Shown here: one piece after another, positions 14,201 to 26,712 of the stretch | Layout of the letters: the number at the start of each line of letters is the position of its first letter | Numbering within the stretch: position 1 is the stretch's first letter | DNA from: Lytechinus pictus | Lineage: Eukaryota | Assembly (NCBI RefSeq): GCF_037042905.1 | Contig: NC_087251.1 | Span: 19,966,001 to 20,030,000, forward strand | DNA length: 64,000 nt | Direction of reading: 5' to 3' | The notes under the pieces: generated by a model | What the model was told of the DNA's origin: nothing | Databases searched by the model: none | Seen by the model: the letters and a program-made list of their open reading frames with translations, nothing else | Translations under genes and position numbers: made by a program

Positions 14201-17200
14201 CAACCGTTGCAACTGTTTCATCGCTATTGTCATGATCGTTGCAACAACCTATGGCGATTCAATGATAGAGCTTCATCATTGGCAAAGCTATATTTATTCT
14301 TGACCCTTGACCTTTCAAGTGTATATTCCAGGGGTTGCGATCCGGGGATGTTTCTGGTGTCATTACCCGGGGAAAATTCAGTAACATTTATTGTAAAGCA
14401 ATTTAATACGATTTATGACAAATCGAACATTTTTAATGACGACATTTGAGTCATTAAGAGAAATGTTTCGGGTTTTAATGAGAGCAATTATCACGATTAT
14501 GGTAATATCATGAATGGAAGTATTGATTTGGGTACACTTGAAATTATTTTCTACCCTGTTTCATTGTCCATTTGATTAAGTTATTTGGTATAGATTTGAT
14601 TAACTTGAGACACGATCGGCTTTCTCTTGACATGCACTTCAAATAACAAGTAAAGTCAGCAATAACACTTTATCAAAACATTTTTATAAGAGAACGAACA
14701 TGCATTCAGTATGCTATTTCTATGATTTTGTTGTGTATTTTGTAACATAATGCTAGCTGAATATCAGTCTTTTTCACCGCTGTGAAATTTCCGTGGATAA
14801 AAAATAACATGGTAAATCTAAACATGGATCTATGATTAAACAATCGCACGATTTCTGGACATTTCTTGTAACTTCAGGGGGGGGGGGGGGAGAGACGACA
14901 TTCTTTCATGGGCTGATGTACAAAATTCGGAATCATATTGAAGTCATGTTGTTTCGAAGTAGTCCAATATGTTAACGAGCGATCACTCCTGGGTTAAGTG
15001 GATTAATTAACATTATTTAAATCATTGTATCTGTCTCTCGCTTTCTTTCCTCTTTCGTCTCTCCATCTCTCTCCCTTTTGTCTCTCCATTCATCACTCAC
15101 TCCTCCCCTTTCTCTTTCCTTTTCTCTTTCTGTATATATTTCTCCTTAGTTCTTCCCTTTCTCCTTTCCAACCGACTCGAATTTTACTGTCATTATCGAA
15201 AGAGAAACCACAGTCAACTTCGAGATGCACTGTAATGAACAGAAAGTGAAACACTTCCGAAAAACACTTGCTAACCAGATTGTGAAGCATAGATATCGCG
15301 AATAAAGTGATTCTAAACAAATGTTTGTCAAAAGTATTTCAAATGATTTCTAATTGAATCACAACTATTCTACGATTGCGAACTGGGGAAATCCAGGGGT
15401 AGTCACTTCGACACACACTTAAAGGCAGAATTTAATCATTTGGCAGAAAATGATATATTGTGTCATTATTTTATTCATAAATTTCATAATCGATTCATAT
15501 CGTGTATATATTACTCTAAGAGTATTACTTGTATTATCAATTATATCTATAACAGTGATAAACAATTTCATACTATGATAGAGCCAACATTAATTTTTAA
15601 TTTCCTTGGCAATTCGGGGAAACTCGACGTTCCAAAGTTTAATATCCTATACAGTCTAGGCCAACGTCTGTTTCGCATTTGAACCACAATGGTAGCCTTT
15701 GATAACTTGAAAATTGATGTAATCATTTCTCAATTGTGTCATGAATGCAATTTATAAATCACATAATTATGTATATAACATCTTAATACCAAAATGCTAA
15801 ATAATGATTAACAAGTTTTATTTCAAGCCTACTTCACTTCTCTTGAAGGTATGAAAGCACAATATTATAGTCAGAAAACATAACAAAACTATACATAATT
15901 TATGATTACTTAAGAGAGAAATATTATGGATGTGGGTAAATATATGGGGCCATTGGCCTTTCAGCGCCAATCAAGAATATATGAATTGTAATATCCATAT
16001 AAAAGTAGGTAAGACCTTACAAGTCGTGACAAAAGTAATATAATCAATTGACATCGGTCTAATCGGCAACGTTATTATATACCTGATACAAAATTTCTTT
16101 TACCACAAGCTTCAATATTTTCTTTCTGTTAATATTTCAGGAATGGTGATGGTGAATATAACAACGGCAAGGATTCTCCAAACGGAGATTTTTCTCTTGA
16201 TGGTGAGAATGATGGGTCTCGGATTGGACCAGATGTCGGTCATCATGGGGTCAGTAGGGATCTGAGGCCATCTAATGGAGGTAAGTATTGAATCTGACTG
16301 ATGAATTAAAGCCCCCCCCCCCAACCCCCTCATCCCCATTCTATATGTTCTGTCTAAAGTATATTCGAGCTACATTGTCAATAATAATCCACCTTCATCT
16401 ATAACTTATGAAAACTGGTCTAATTATTTTCGAGTAATTCATCTGTTTGGCCATTTTGTCGGCAGTTGGATAAGCATTGGAGCAAATGTCGTACTTTATT
16501 TGAAAAAAATCAGCGTTAATATGTAACACCCCCTTCGAAAATTTTTATTCATTCGTTAGTTGATTACCAACATCGAACGATTTTATTTGGGTGGCTATGT
16601 GAAATTTCTATTATAACCTAAGTGACTGATTGCATGTGTACAATATGACTTTTACTAGCCATTTTGTACCACAAGTCCACAAACATGACAAGCTATTGTT
16701 TTCTTCTTTTTCACTTCCAAAAGTAGATACCATGTTGGGTCACCAGCAGTCGGGTTCTGGTATAACCGTGATATCGTCAAGCTCGGGCGGTGGTACCACA
16801 AACACTGTCACCGATCTCCTGCACCCTCAGGCCGTGAAGGTAGAACCTCCAGAACCCATAGATGATATCAGGGGAGCACCACCGAACATGCACGAACCAC
16901 CAGACCTCGCCAATCTCACCGATGCCACCGGGCTTCAGGGGTTCAAATTTGTACCGGAGATGCTGCTACCACAGGTAGGTGGGTCCTACGTGATGCTGGA
17001 TTCGAGCTTTTGAAGTCTGTTTAGGATGAAAAGTATTATCCGAACATTGTCTGAAGTTATTCAATTAATTCAAATTGAATTGGTCTTGATTTATAAATGA
17101 AAATAAATGTCATTGCCTCTTCACTGTCTCATAATGAGATTAATATGAGCTCGGCCCCCAAATATACTTACTTTTAATTTGGGTGATTCCTTTAATTTGA

Positions 17201-17901
17201 TCGTGGTGAACCATAATTACTGGTCTATCTTGTTCGCGATTTGGTTTGTAATGAATGAACGAAATTTGTAATCCATCGTAACTCAATGCTTAGGCCTACT
17301 TTGATTGGTCAGAGCGTCTCAGGAGCGAAGACTCTGGGCGCTTGACTGTTAGCCTTCGGATCAGCATCATAACTGTTGTCCTATGATTATGTTTCTTTTG
17401 TAGATGCTGCCTTTGGCCTTGGCATCAAGTAAAGGTGATATCAACATGAACCATGCTGCTCAGTTAGCAACCATGTCAATGATTATGAATCCAAGTCTCC
17501 TCTCAAACCCAGCCCTTAACCTATCAACAGCCAACAACAATAATAACAACATGCCCGGCATGGCATCGATCGCATCCCTTCAACAACATCAGCAACACCA
17601 CCATCATCACCACCACACTCCAGAGCCACACCATCAGCAACAGCAACAACAGGAGCAACAAGACGTGTCGGCGCACAATATAGCAACAACGTTAAGTAGT
17701 ATTCCTACGATGGTGTCGGCATCCAGTGCGTTAAGCGCTGTGCTTTCTCAACAAGCTGCGACGGCGGGAACAGGATTTCCCGCCAATTTCGCTGGTCGTC
17801 TGCCGTCCGCCAATGAAATGCTAAACAGCGCTGCGATGGCCCTTTCTACATTATCAGCTAACGCCAATGGTGGTGGAGCAGGACATTATGCTACAGAATA
17901 A
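1447..17901 (+). CDS. Six4/5: SIX homeobox protein, Six4/5 class; whole spliced CDS join(1447..2264,16141..16280,16724..16974,17404..17901), ~568 aa
   Basis: Exon 1 encodes the SIX domain and homeodomain. The four exons sum to 1707 nt with GT-AG junctions and matching phases (2,1,0), ending in TAA at 17899-17901. Confidence 0.9.
7095..9890. repeat. Local duplication in Six4/5 intron 1 (A-X-B-A'-B')
   Basis: ~7100-7381 matches ~9230-9509, and ~8830-9225 matches ~9510-9890, in direct orientation with scattered substitutions. Confidence 0.9.
7455..7507 (+). promoter_or_regulatory. Nuclear-receptor motif pair: perfect DR1 plus an everted repeat
   Basis: AGGTCAaAGGTCA at 7455-7467 and TGACCTcgcgGGGTCA at 7492-7507, in a GC-elevated intronic patch. 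Confidence 0.4.
11221..11483. mobile_element. MITE with CAGTGGCGTA TIRs (hAT-like)
   Basis: CAGTGGCGTA...TACGCCACTG; the 8-bp flanks GAGACCTA/CAGATCTG partly match. Confidence 0.75.
14301..14315 (-). promoter_or_regulatory. Second DR1-like nuclear-receptor site in Six4/5 intron 1
   Basis: TGACCCtTGACCTTT, which reads AAAGGTCAAGGGTCA on the minus strand. Confidence 0.3.
16141..16280 (+). CDS. Six4/5: Six4/5 coding exon 2
   Basis: Acceptor tttcag| and donor GAG|GTAAGT. Open in the required phase ([25 protein letters not shown]...RPSNG). Not in the ORF track. Confidence 0.8.
16724..16974 (+). CDS. Six4/5: Six4/5 coding exon 3
   Basis: Pyrimidine tract then AAGTAG acceptor (start 16724 or 16727); encodes [13 protein letters not shown]...VKVEPPE...MLLPQ; donor CAG|GTAGGT. 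Confidence 0.8.
17404..17901 (+). CDS. Six4/5: Six4/5 terminal coding exon (N/H/Q/A-rich, putative transactivation region)
   Basis: ttttgtag| acceptor, phase 0; 165-codon ORF with poly-N, poly-H and poly-Q tracts typical of transcription factors. Confidence 0.82.
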   Translation: MLPLALASSKGDINMNHAAQLATMSMIMNPSLLSNPALNLSTANNNNNNMPGMASIASLQQHQQHHHHHHHTPEPHHQQQQQQEQQDVSAHNIATTLSSIPTMVSASSALSAVLSQQAATAGTGFPANFAGRLPSANEMLNSAAMALSTLSANANGGGAGHYATE

Positions 17902-18475
17902 GGTGAACACTTTTATCGATTTTAAAAAAAGAGTTTAAACAATATTTCACTATAATAACTCCTTAATTTGTGTCATTTTGTCATGTTTTCGTCACCCATC
18001 CCTTGTTCGAATGTCGTTTCCTTGTTGTGGTCTTTGATATGGTATCCCATCTTGAAGATCCAGACAAGTTTCTGAGCCATTGGTGCATATGGATTATAAT
18101 CTAATGGGAAGAAATAGGTTGGGAACACAACTTTAACAATGAGGTTTAATGCCTTACATCGAGTTAACATCGATGCCCCAGTTGTGCTGATCAAGACACC
18201 CTGTGAGTTTCTACGAACTACCTATCATTAATCAAAAGTTCAGAATTGTTAAAAATAAAGAAGTCAATTTTATAATTTATATGTATGGTGTAAAATAAAG
18301 CATTGAAGCTTTAACAGTACTAAAGTGTCACACAGTACATGAATGGATAAATTACTATCACCTTAATGTTTACAATTCCAGTATTCATTCTTACGATCAT
18401 TATATGAATTTCTCTGCTGATAGTATTATGCTAATAATGTATCCATACAGTATTGTTACCCCTGTAAATTGTTAA

Positions 18476-19074
18476 AGGGATGGTTCAGGCTGGAAATATT
18501 TATATCGCAATAAATAAAGTAAAATTCACAAAGCAAAATGCTGAAAATTTGATCAAAATCGGATCACAAATAACGAAGTTATTGAATTTTAAAGATTTGC
18601 ATTATTCAGGTTAAACAGTTCTAGGCATGTCTTTATGAACATTCATTAGGTGGTATGATGATGTCATATCCCCACTTGTTCTTTTGTATTTTATTATACG
18701 AAATTAGGTTTATTCAAAATTGTTCTACCAAGAACTAAAAACATTGGATTGACAACTGATTAAGTGCATTAGTTAATTGCCGCAACTTATTTCATCATAA
18801 TGGAGACACATAATTTTACACATGTATGGAAAAATGAAGCATTGATAATTTCATGTAATAACATAACAAAAGGGAAAGTGGGATGTGCCATCATCAGCCC
18901 TCCTGATGAATATTCATGATGATGTGCATATAACTGTTTTCACAAAATATTGATAAACTTTAAAATTCAATAACTTCGTTATTTGTCATCCGATTTTGAT
19001 GATATTTTCAGCATTTTGCTCTGAATTTTACTCTATTTATTAAGATATAAATATTTTCAGCCCGGACCATCCCT
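18476..19074. mobile_element. Kolobok/T2-type MITE (family A)
   Basis: TTAA|AGGGATGGTTCAGGCTG...CAGCCCGGACCATCCCT|TTAA; long imperfect inverted arms and a TTAA duplication. Confidence 0.85.
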
Positions 19075-20139
19075 TTAAGTAAACCGATATATTTTTATAC
19101 ATTAAAATCGTCATATATGTATGAGGCGTAAATCGAACAATCTTATACTCTGACTCTGAAACAGATAAACGGCACTACAAATTCATTTTTTGTGGCTACT
19201 GTCGGACTTTATATATTGTGAAATATCCAGTCATTTTTTAGTATCATCTGACCTCATTATAGTCGACATTATGAAAATAGAAGTTTTGCATTGCTCATAT
19301 TGATTTTTCCTACCCATGGTTCTTCCAAAAATAGTTAGTTACTCACACATTTTCGTGAACAACGCCGAATTTCTCAGTCCAAAACAATAGAAACATTATT
19401 CATCAATAATTACACGGGTTTTTAAATAATGTCAGGGTTCACGGGATCAGTGACCCTTCGCATCTCTCATTTCAAAACATGATTTTCCACTTTGCACTTA
19501 AGATCGTGTCTGTTGCGAAAGTTTGTTTTTTTCAAACCCATATTATTAATGTCAATGGTCCAACACCCAGTTTCGCTTTCGATTTTCAACTCATTTCTAT
19601 TTCGATAATTTAATTCTAAAGGAAATTCAGGTTAAGGTACCAGACATTTGCCGACATTTAGCTTAACACACTCAACCTTTCATCTACTCGTAAGTCACTG
19701 GAGAAAGAAAATGATTTGTTAATGTTATATGGGAGAAATAAAATGATTGTAAAAACGTTTCGCATCACCAATATCAGTTAAAGGATATCACGTTTAACCT
19801 CGATATAATGTAGGGCTAAATAGTCTAGATCCTCGTAAATCATCTTTTATTCACAGCTACGACATGGCGCCCTGGTAATAGAAGATTATTCATACTCGCA
19901 AATCATTCCAATCTTTCACGTTTTCTCTTGGTTTATTGCATCGCATTGGCCTATTGACGAATACCCTTGGAGTACATTTTGTTCCCTTAAATCACGATCT
20001 TTGATCACTCCTTATTATCTCAGTCCCCTTCCCAATGTCCTATTGTAGTGTGCAAGATATCGATCGGAGGGACATCCCGTAGACCCACATGCCATTACGG
20101 TAGTCGTACCATGAACCTATCCATGCTAATATTCACATG

Positions 20140-20547
20140 ATGTGTGTGTTATTGAGTTTTTATACCGACGAGTACTCTGTACAAAATATTGGGTAAAATT
20201 TTAACCAGCGCGAGGGTAAGTATGTGTCCAACCAATTTTGGGGTGTATTTTACCCAAGGCGGGAAGCATATTGTCGAGTAAAAGAGTGGGCAAAATTTTC
20301 ATCACACTGGATAAATAAAAATGCCCCAAAGAAATGCCCAATGTTGGTTGGACACATAATTACCCTCATGGAGCATTTTTACCCAATATTTTTTTTAGGG
20401 TGTATCAATCAGATACGAATATGTAGCCTATGTCTGGGACAGACATTTAACGTCACCAGCCGTAAGGCGTGACTTGAACCTCGAAGCTGTTCATCAATTC
20501 GTAATTTCCCCGAGTAACTTGGATTACAGGCGCACGCCACATCACCC
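20140..20547 (-). mobile_element. Candidate SINE with a 7SL-RNA (Alu-domain)-like head, interrupted by a MITE
   Basis: Minus strand begins GGGTGATGTGGCGTGCGCCTGTAATCCAAGTTACTCGGG, followed by a B-box-like GGTTCAAGTC, a short body and a probable (CA)n tail near 20140-20149. Confidence 0.65.
20173..20404. mobile_element. Palindromic MITE (TAC...GTA ends)
   Basis: AAAATATTGGGTAAAA...GAGGGTAAGTATGTGTCCAACCAA is inverted relative to TTGGTTGGACACATAATTACCCTC...TTTTACCCAATATTTT. Confidence 0.75.
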
Positions 20548-23500
20548 ATATCTCATTACCATAATTACACGTTGAAAACATAATGTTCGTCATTCAGTTC
20601 ACTTTATTTCTTGCTTAATTTTGTTTTACAATGTTTAAAAAAGAATTATCTTGCTTGGATATTCGTCACCATCTTCAGAACCCCACTTGACACCATTTAT
20701 TTGGATCCTGTTGATCTCAAAGTTTGTTAGCCACCCGCTCCTCATTCATTACTTTATCTAACGGACCCACCACATCTCGACACTGCCAGGGAACCAATAT
20801 ATCCTGGTTTAAGCATACCAGATAACTGCGACTGGGCACGTACATAGAACTAATGGCGCCTATGTATTGCTCTTGATCATTCTGTGGTCTGTTTGAGAGA
20901 CCATCTGCTCTCATCACTTCCTTGCTATCATCCACGTGAGGCACTGAAGTAATTTTGTAAATCTAGACCACCACTTAGAGATGCAACCTTTAACTAGCAG
21001 TGGTCGCCATGCGATACGTGGTGACGATAGTCAATACACGCTACCGAGTGATGTATAAATGGGGAGTGTTGATGATGATACCATACATTGTAATTCTCTT
21101 ATCCACCCTTTTCTCCTCTACCAAATTCCTCTCTTATTTCGTTCTCTCTCTACTCTTCCTGATTTCCCCTATATATTTCTCTCTTCCCTCCTATCACTCC
21201 GCCTTCTTAAAGTACCCTTTTCTCTTTTACTGTTGTTTCTCCTGTACAATATCTTCAACCACAGAGGCACCTCTTTTTATTTAATTTTTTCATTAAAATT
21301 TTATCGGTTCTTCTGCTTCTTTTCATATGTAATTCCTTTTGTGGCATTCTGTAGCACTCCCAGCCCCCTCGCCCCCCCCCCCCCTCTCTCTCTCTTTCTC
21401 ACTCTCCTTGTTTCTCTCTCCTCCTTCCTGCATTTTCCATTGATAATATTTTCTTTCCACAAGCCATGTACATTTCTTTTTTTTAATCGTATTTTCTTCC
21501 TTGTTTGTTGGAGAGTTCCTTCCTTGTATATTACATAAACTGCCCACGTTGTTTACTTTACGAATAATTATGCTGAAATGAAAATGAAAATCATGAAAGT
21601 TCCGCCTTAACTGCATGCTTAAATAGAGACGATGATTTTCATATTAATACAAAATTTCCCGACCCCTCCATTATCACTTTTTCTATCTCGTACTCTTGTA
21701 ACATCCCTTTCTCCTCTCATGCCTGTATCTCCCTATATAATGTTATTTCTTTATTCTTCGCATTCTTCACCCTTATGCCTCCTTATGTGATTGTGTGCTT
21801 TGATTTGAAGTGGTGTAGGCCCTACATGTAGGCCGACGTGTGACTTTATACAGATTGTGGATCGCTTAAATTTGTGTTGATTGCCCCATGTGATGTAGTG
21901 GTGTTGTGTGTGGCCAAAGTATACCGTGTACATATATCATTTGTCATAATAACTGTGACCCTAATCAATGACATTTATTGGCGACTATTTAAAGTCAATT
22001 TCAATTCCAACCCTTAAAGGATCCCGTTGGTAAACGGTTCCAGATTGCGACAGGGCGCTTGAAGATCTCAGCGGTGTGCATAAAGCCAAGAAGCAGATAT
22101 GTCATTCAAACGTAGTCCTGTTTATTAATATTTTCTTATTTATTGATTCATCCTTTGTCATGTTCCTTGAATGTAAATCGAATTAATCCAATACGTATAT
22201 AGTTAATCGCCTAGTATTCATTATTCATTAATTAATGAGAAATTCAAGATTATATTTGGTATACTCAAGGTGATATGGGCGACATTGACAAATTTCCATA
22301 CATGAATTATAACGGTGATGCAGTACTTTAATCTTTACGAATATAAACATTATTTTATAAATTATGGTAAACAGGATTTTGGGGTTTTCATTTTCATGTT
22401 TTCTTATAAACCTTGTTATGCCTGTAAAATGTAGAGAAAATATTTCGTTGTTCCATAATTATGAATGTGTATTTAATCGCACTTAAATGCATATTTTCCA
22501 TTGGTATTCAACCCCATGCAGTATCCATCTCACAACTAGTGATCTATTAATCTTTTGTTCATGTTCCGTATACACTCATCGTCTGATCCTCGTATTAAGA
22601 GTCCCAAAGTCGTTTATATTCAAAGGTAACGTAGGTATAATATCCACTGATGATGCAGTAAATAGTAATAATTATAACAAATTGACGAATTGTACATTCA
22701 AAATGTTAACGAGTGTATAGCTTCAGTAAAAAGTATGTGCACTTGAAAAACAGTAAAACGTCACGGTGAAAAGCAACATGTTCACATCAAGACATGGAAT
22801 GTCTGTTAAGATTGTTTAAAATTGCCGTGCCTTATCTTGTTTTCGTGTCTTCCATGATATTGTATAACAATAAAGGTACATGCTGTGTATCTTTGAGATC
22901 TGTACTTGATATGTAATGTACATGTAGTGATAAAGCAGTCTTTAAACGTGTATATTTTGTGTGTAGTATGTAAATATAACAGCACTTGAAATTATGCCAA
23001 AGACATATGATTCTTTTGTAGGATGGTGTTAATTCGTAAGCTGGCCGAGTGATTTTTTTTTCACTCTAGCCAGGACAGCAGCTAGATATTTCTTGCCACG
23101 TGTATTTTGTATTGAAGGAGTAATTCACCTAAAGCAAAAGATGCAATTACTCATTTTATTTATTTGAAACGATATTGTATCGTATTGCAGAATAATATGC
23201 AAAAAGAACAAAATAACGCTTAATGTTGCCAAACAAATGTGATATTAGATGAGCTTTTCGCTTTACATGAATGTAGAGATATATCTTCAGAAATGATTAT
23301 AAGAATATGCAGACTATTTATTGAGTCATTATATTAATCTGAACTTCAATGTAGGGCCTCATTTGAATTTAATATCATCTTTTTACAGTGTGATGGAATT
23401 CCGAATTTATTGTTGTTTTGTTTAAAGGAGAAAATCCCGTCCGGGCATGCATTGTCGGTAGATATTTAATTCAATGTACATTATTTAGAAGTACACAACT

Positions 23501-24011
23501 TCCTCCAACATAGCCAGGATTAGTAACAGAAGTGGAAAAAATAAACATGTTGTTTCTGTAAAACATGAAATTAGTAGTTCAGAACCAAAAGTAATATTTT
23601 GTTCTACATTCCTTCAAAACATCTTACAGTTTCCTGGCAAATATACGGAAATAAATATATTTTTTAAATGTATTGACTATGAGCCTCAGTAGAAAAAAGC
23701 TCAATTCAAGTTTGTATTAGAATAATCCATAATAAAATGCTTGTTTGCAGTGTTACTTTTTGCTTGTAGATATTTTACTTGCAGTTAGTCGCTTTTGTTT
23801 ATTTTCATTTTGTTCTGCTACTAATAAATGTATATGGTGTATTTGCATGTATTTTTATTCGTAAATATGAGATGATATAAAATCTGACATTATTAAAACT
23901 GAAATGAGATTTTGTGGTACAAATTTGTTTTTGAAAAACAATTTGACCGTCTTTCATGTTGTTCATGTGTATATAATACTTTTTGACAAATGAAAAGAGT
24001 GAAACGATTAA

Positions 24012-24593
24012 AGGGGTACTCCGGGCTGAAAATATTTATATCTAATAAATAGAGTAAAATTTACAAAGCAAAATGCTGAAAATTTCATCAAAATAATCAT
24101 GATGACAAATAATGAAGTTATTAAATTTTAAAGTTTAGCAATATTTTATGAAAACAGTTGTATGCACGTTGTGCATGAATATTAGGTGGGCTGATGATGT
24201 CACATTTCCACTTTCCTTTTTCTTATATTACATGAAATCATAATTGTTTCATTTTCTAATACTCTTGCGGATGATATGTCTCCTTTACAATGAAATAAGT
24301 TGCAGCAATTAATATCTAATAAACTAAATCAGTTGTCAATCCTATCTTATTTAGTTCTTGGGGAAAAAATTATAAAACATGATTTCATATAATAAGATAC
24401 AATAGAACCAGTGGGGATATGACATCAATTTGCTCATTGAATATTCATGAAGACATGCACAGAACCGTTTGACCGAAATTAATGTCTTAACTTTGTTATT
24501 TCTTGTCAGATTTTGATCAAATTTTCTGCGTTGTGTTTGTCTGGTTTGTCTTTATCTGTTCAAATGATATCAATGTGAGCCTGGAGCACCCCT
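24012..24593. mobile_element. Kolobok/T2-type MITE (family A)
   Basis: TTAA|AGGGGTACTCCGGGCTG...AGCCTGGAGCACCCCT|TTTA; internal similarity to 18476-19074. Confidence 0.82.
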
Positions 24594-24676
24594 TTTAGAT
24601 TTTAATAAGATAATGGACAAAATGCGAAAATTGATTTTGTGTGTGTGTGTTAAACTGAGCTTCTTGATCCATATAG

Positions 24677-24840
24677 CAGGGGCCGCGGAAGCGGGGGGGG
24701 CTGGGCTTCAGCCCCCCCCCCCACTTTTTTTTTTCCAAAATCGTGTACAAAACGTAAAAATGACCATATGATTGTGATTTTTGCATGGTCAGCCCCCCCC
24801 CCCCCCCACTTTTGGCTCAGCCCCACCCCCCCCCCCCTGC
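24677..24840. mobile_element. CAGGGG-terminated MITE fragment with GGGCT/AGCCC G/C-run subterminal repeats
   Basis: CAGGGGCCGCGGAAGCGGGGGGGGCTGGGCTTCAGCCCCCC plus repeated CAGCCCCCC. Confidence 0.5.
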
Positions 24841-25638
24841 TTGTGGTATAGCTTATGGTGAAGGTAAAAGATGTGTAAATGGGCCGAACAATATTTTGCT
24901 CAACATTAATAGTGCTTGTTTACCGAAAGCGAATTTGACGTCTGCTTATTCATACATGACCTAATGGATCAATAAAATCTTCACACAAAAGTTAGTCATT
25001 GAATGTATAAGCATTCCTGCCAAGTTAATTTGGGTAACTTATGTTGAAAAGTTATTTTGAAAACAGGAGGAAGTCGCCGTTTGTTGTTTCAATCTGTCTC
25101 TTTAGGCTGGATGTCACTTACCTATTGAAACAATATAAAGAATGTGTACCCTTTTAAGGAACACACAAAAATAAATCAGGTGAAAAAATATTAAAGAATA
25201 TCCGACTTTACGGCAACAACTGCACCCCGCCCTCATGGAAGAGGGCGCTTGGATAAGAATGATAAAGAAAGGATGTGAGCACGTGATAAGAATGATCATA
25301 AATATATTCAGGGGAAATAAGCTAAAATACATTGACAGAACACCTGTTTAAAAGAATGTGCATGTGTGTGTGTGTGTTTTGGGCGGTATCATTTTTAGAA
25401 AATGAAAACGTGGTGACAACAGAAGAAAAAAGTGGAAGATAAAGTTGAGGAGCAGCATAACCCGGGCAGCATTACAGGAAAAACAGGGATGGTTTGAACA
25501 GAACTGATGAGCTACCTTGATATGGTTCGGCTCATCCGACATCATGTAACACATGATAGGTCAAATGGCAGAAAGTTTGTGCCAGTGTGTAGCTGATTTG
25601 TATATAGTCGTCCTTTTTAGAAGTGTGTTTTCGGCTTT

Positions 25639-26126
25639 AGGGAATGTTCACCCTGACAAAGTTGATTGCAAAAATAGCAGAAAAATAATAAAAGATATTG
25701 CCGAAGGTTCAAGAAAAATCCATCAAAGAATTATAAATTTATTAGAATTTCATTTATTTAATTTTATGACGTCATATGCGAGTAGCATTCCTACAGAGCG
25801 AATTGCAAAAAAATCAATGAAATGTCATTTTCTTAGAAAATTGAAAATAATTTTACTGTACCTTTTATATATCAATAGACAAATCATTTCACATCCGATC
25901 ATGAAAAGAAAAATAAGTCATCAAGAACCAATAAAGAAATTGAAATTCATGCATTTCATATTCAGATGGGACAGCTGCTCGTTCATGACGTCACAAATCC
26001 AAAATTCTAATAACTTTCTTGATCTTTTACGGATTTTCCTCAAACATTCACCTATATTTTAGTTTGCGTTAGGTTTTCTGCTTTTTTTTACGAAAAACAA
26101 ACTTTTCTTCAGGGTGAACTTCCCCT
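25639..26126. mobile_element. Kolobok/T2-type MITE (family B)
   Basis: AGGGAATGTTCACCCTGA...TCAGGGTGAACTTCCCCT|TTAA; related to 41601-42441. Confidence 0.8.
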
Positions 26127-26712
26127 TTAAAAAACAAGGATAATGGGATTTCTTGTCGGCCGAATTGCGAATAAAAACTATGAATTGGGGGATTCAGCGG
26201 CACATCCACTTTTCCATGGAGCTCTTTGGTTACTGCTGAACCCCCCCCCCTGCGATTTCACCCTTTCCAATGCCAATGGAAAAAGGCAGGGGCGGCACCG
26301 TGATATTCCGATGGGAACAAGACGATCTAAAAGCGATGTCATATTCTCTCTCACTTGAAAGACAAGTACCAGATTCGTTCTTTAAACAGTCTTCTTCCTT
26401 GCTTCTTAACTTCACTCTTTTTTTTTTCAATACTTGGTAAAAACAATAGTGGGGCAGCCATTTCATTCCACCCGGTGGAGGGGGTAAGAGAACATTCGGC
26501 TTTACAGAACTTTTCTTGGAACAAATTCAATTTACACACGCATAGCAGATTCTTTGTGAATCTGATAAAAACTCTATTCCACTCGATATCATCGGTTGAG
26601 CGATATAGAATAAATGAAGTACATATTTTTTTCAAGAATATATATATATATATATTACAAGTATGTATACAATAGCATGTATTGAATTAACAGAATATAT
26701 GGGTAAAATTCA

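Noticed and set aside
14036..14449. 137-aa ORF in Six4/5 intron 1
   Set aside because: GTG start, no domain similarity, and not needed for the gene model.
20717..20944. 75-aa minus-strand ORF in a GC-elevated patch
   Set aside because: Could be a decayed retroelement fragment, but I recognise no motif to support a call.
21000..21616. Hydrophobic F/L/S-rich ORFs (similar ones at 15025, 30863, 55864)
   Set aside because: Artefacts of CT-rich low-complexity DNA.
25553..26062. 169-aa ORF inside a MITE
   Set aside because: No transposase motifs; a chance ORF in AT-rich repeat sequence.
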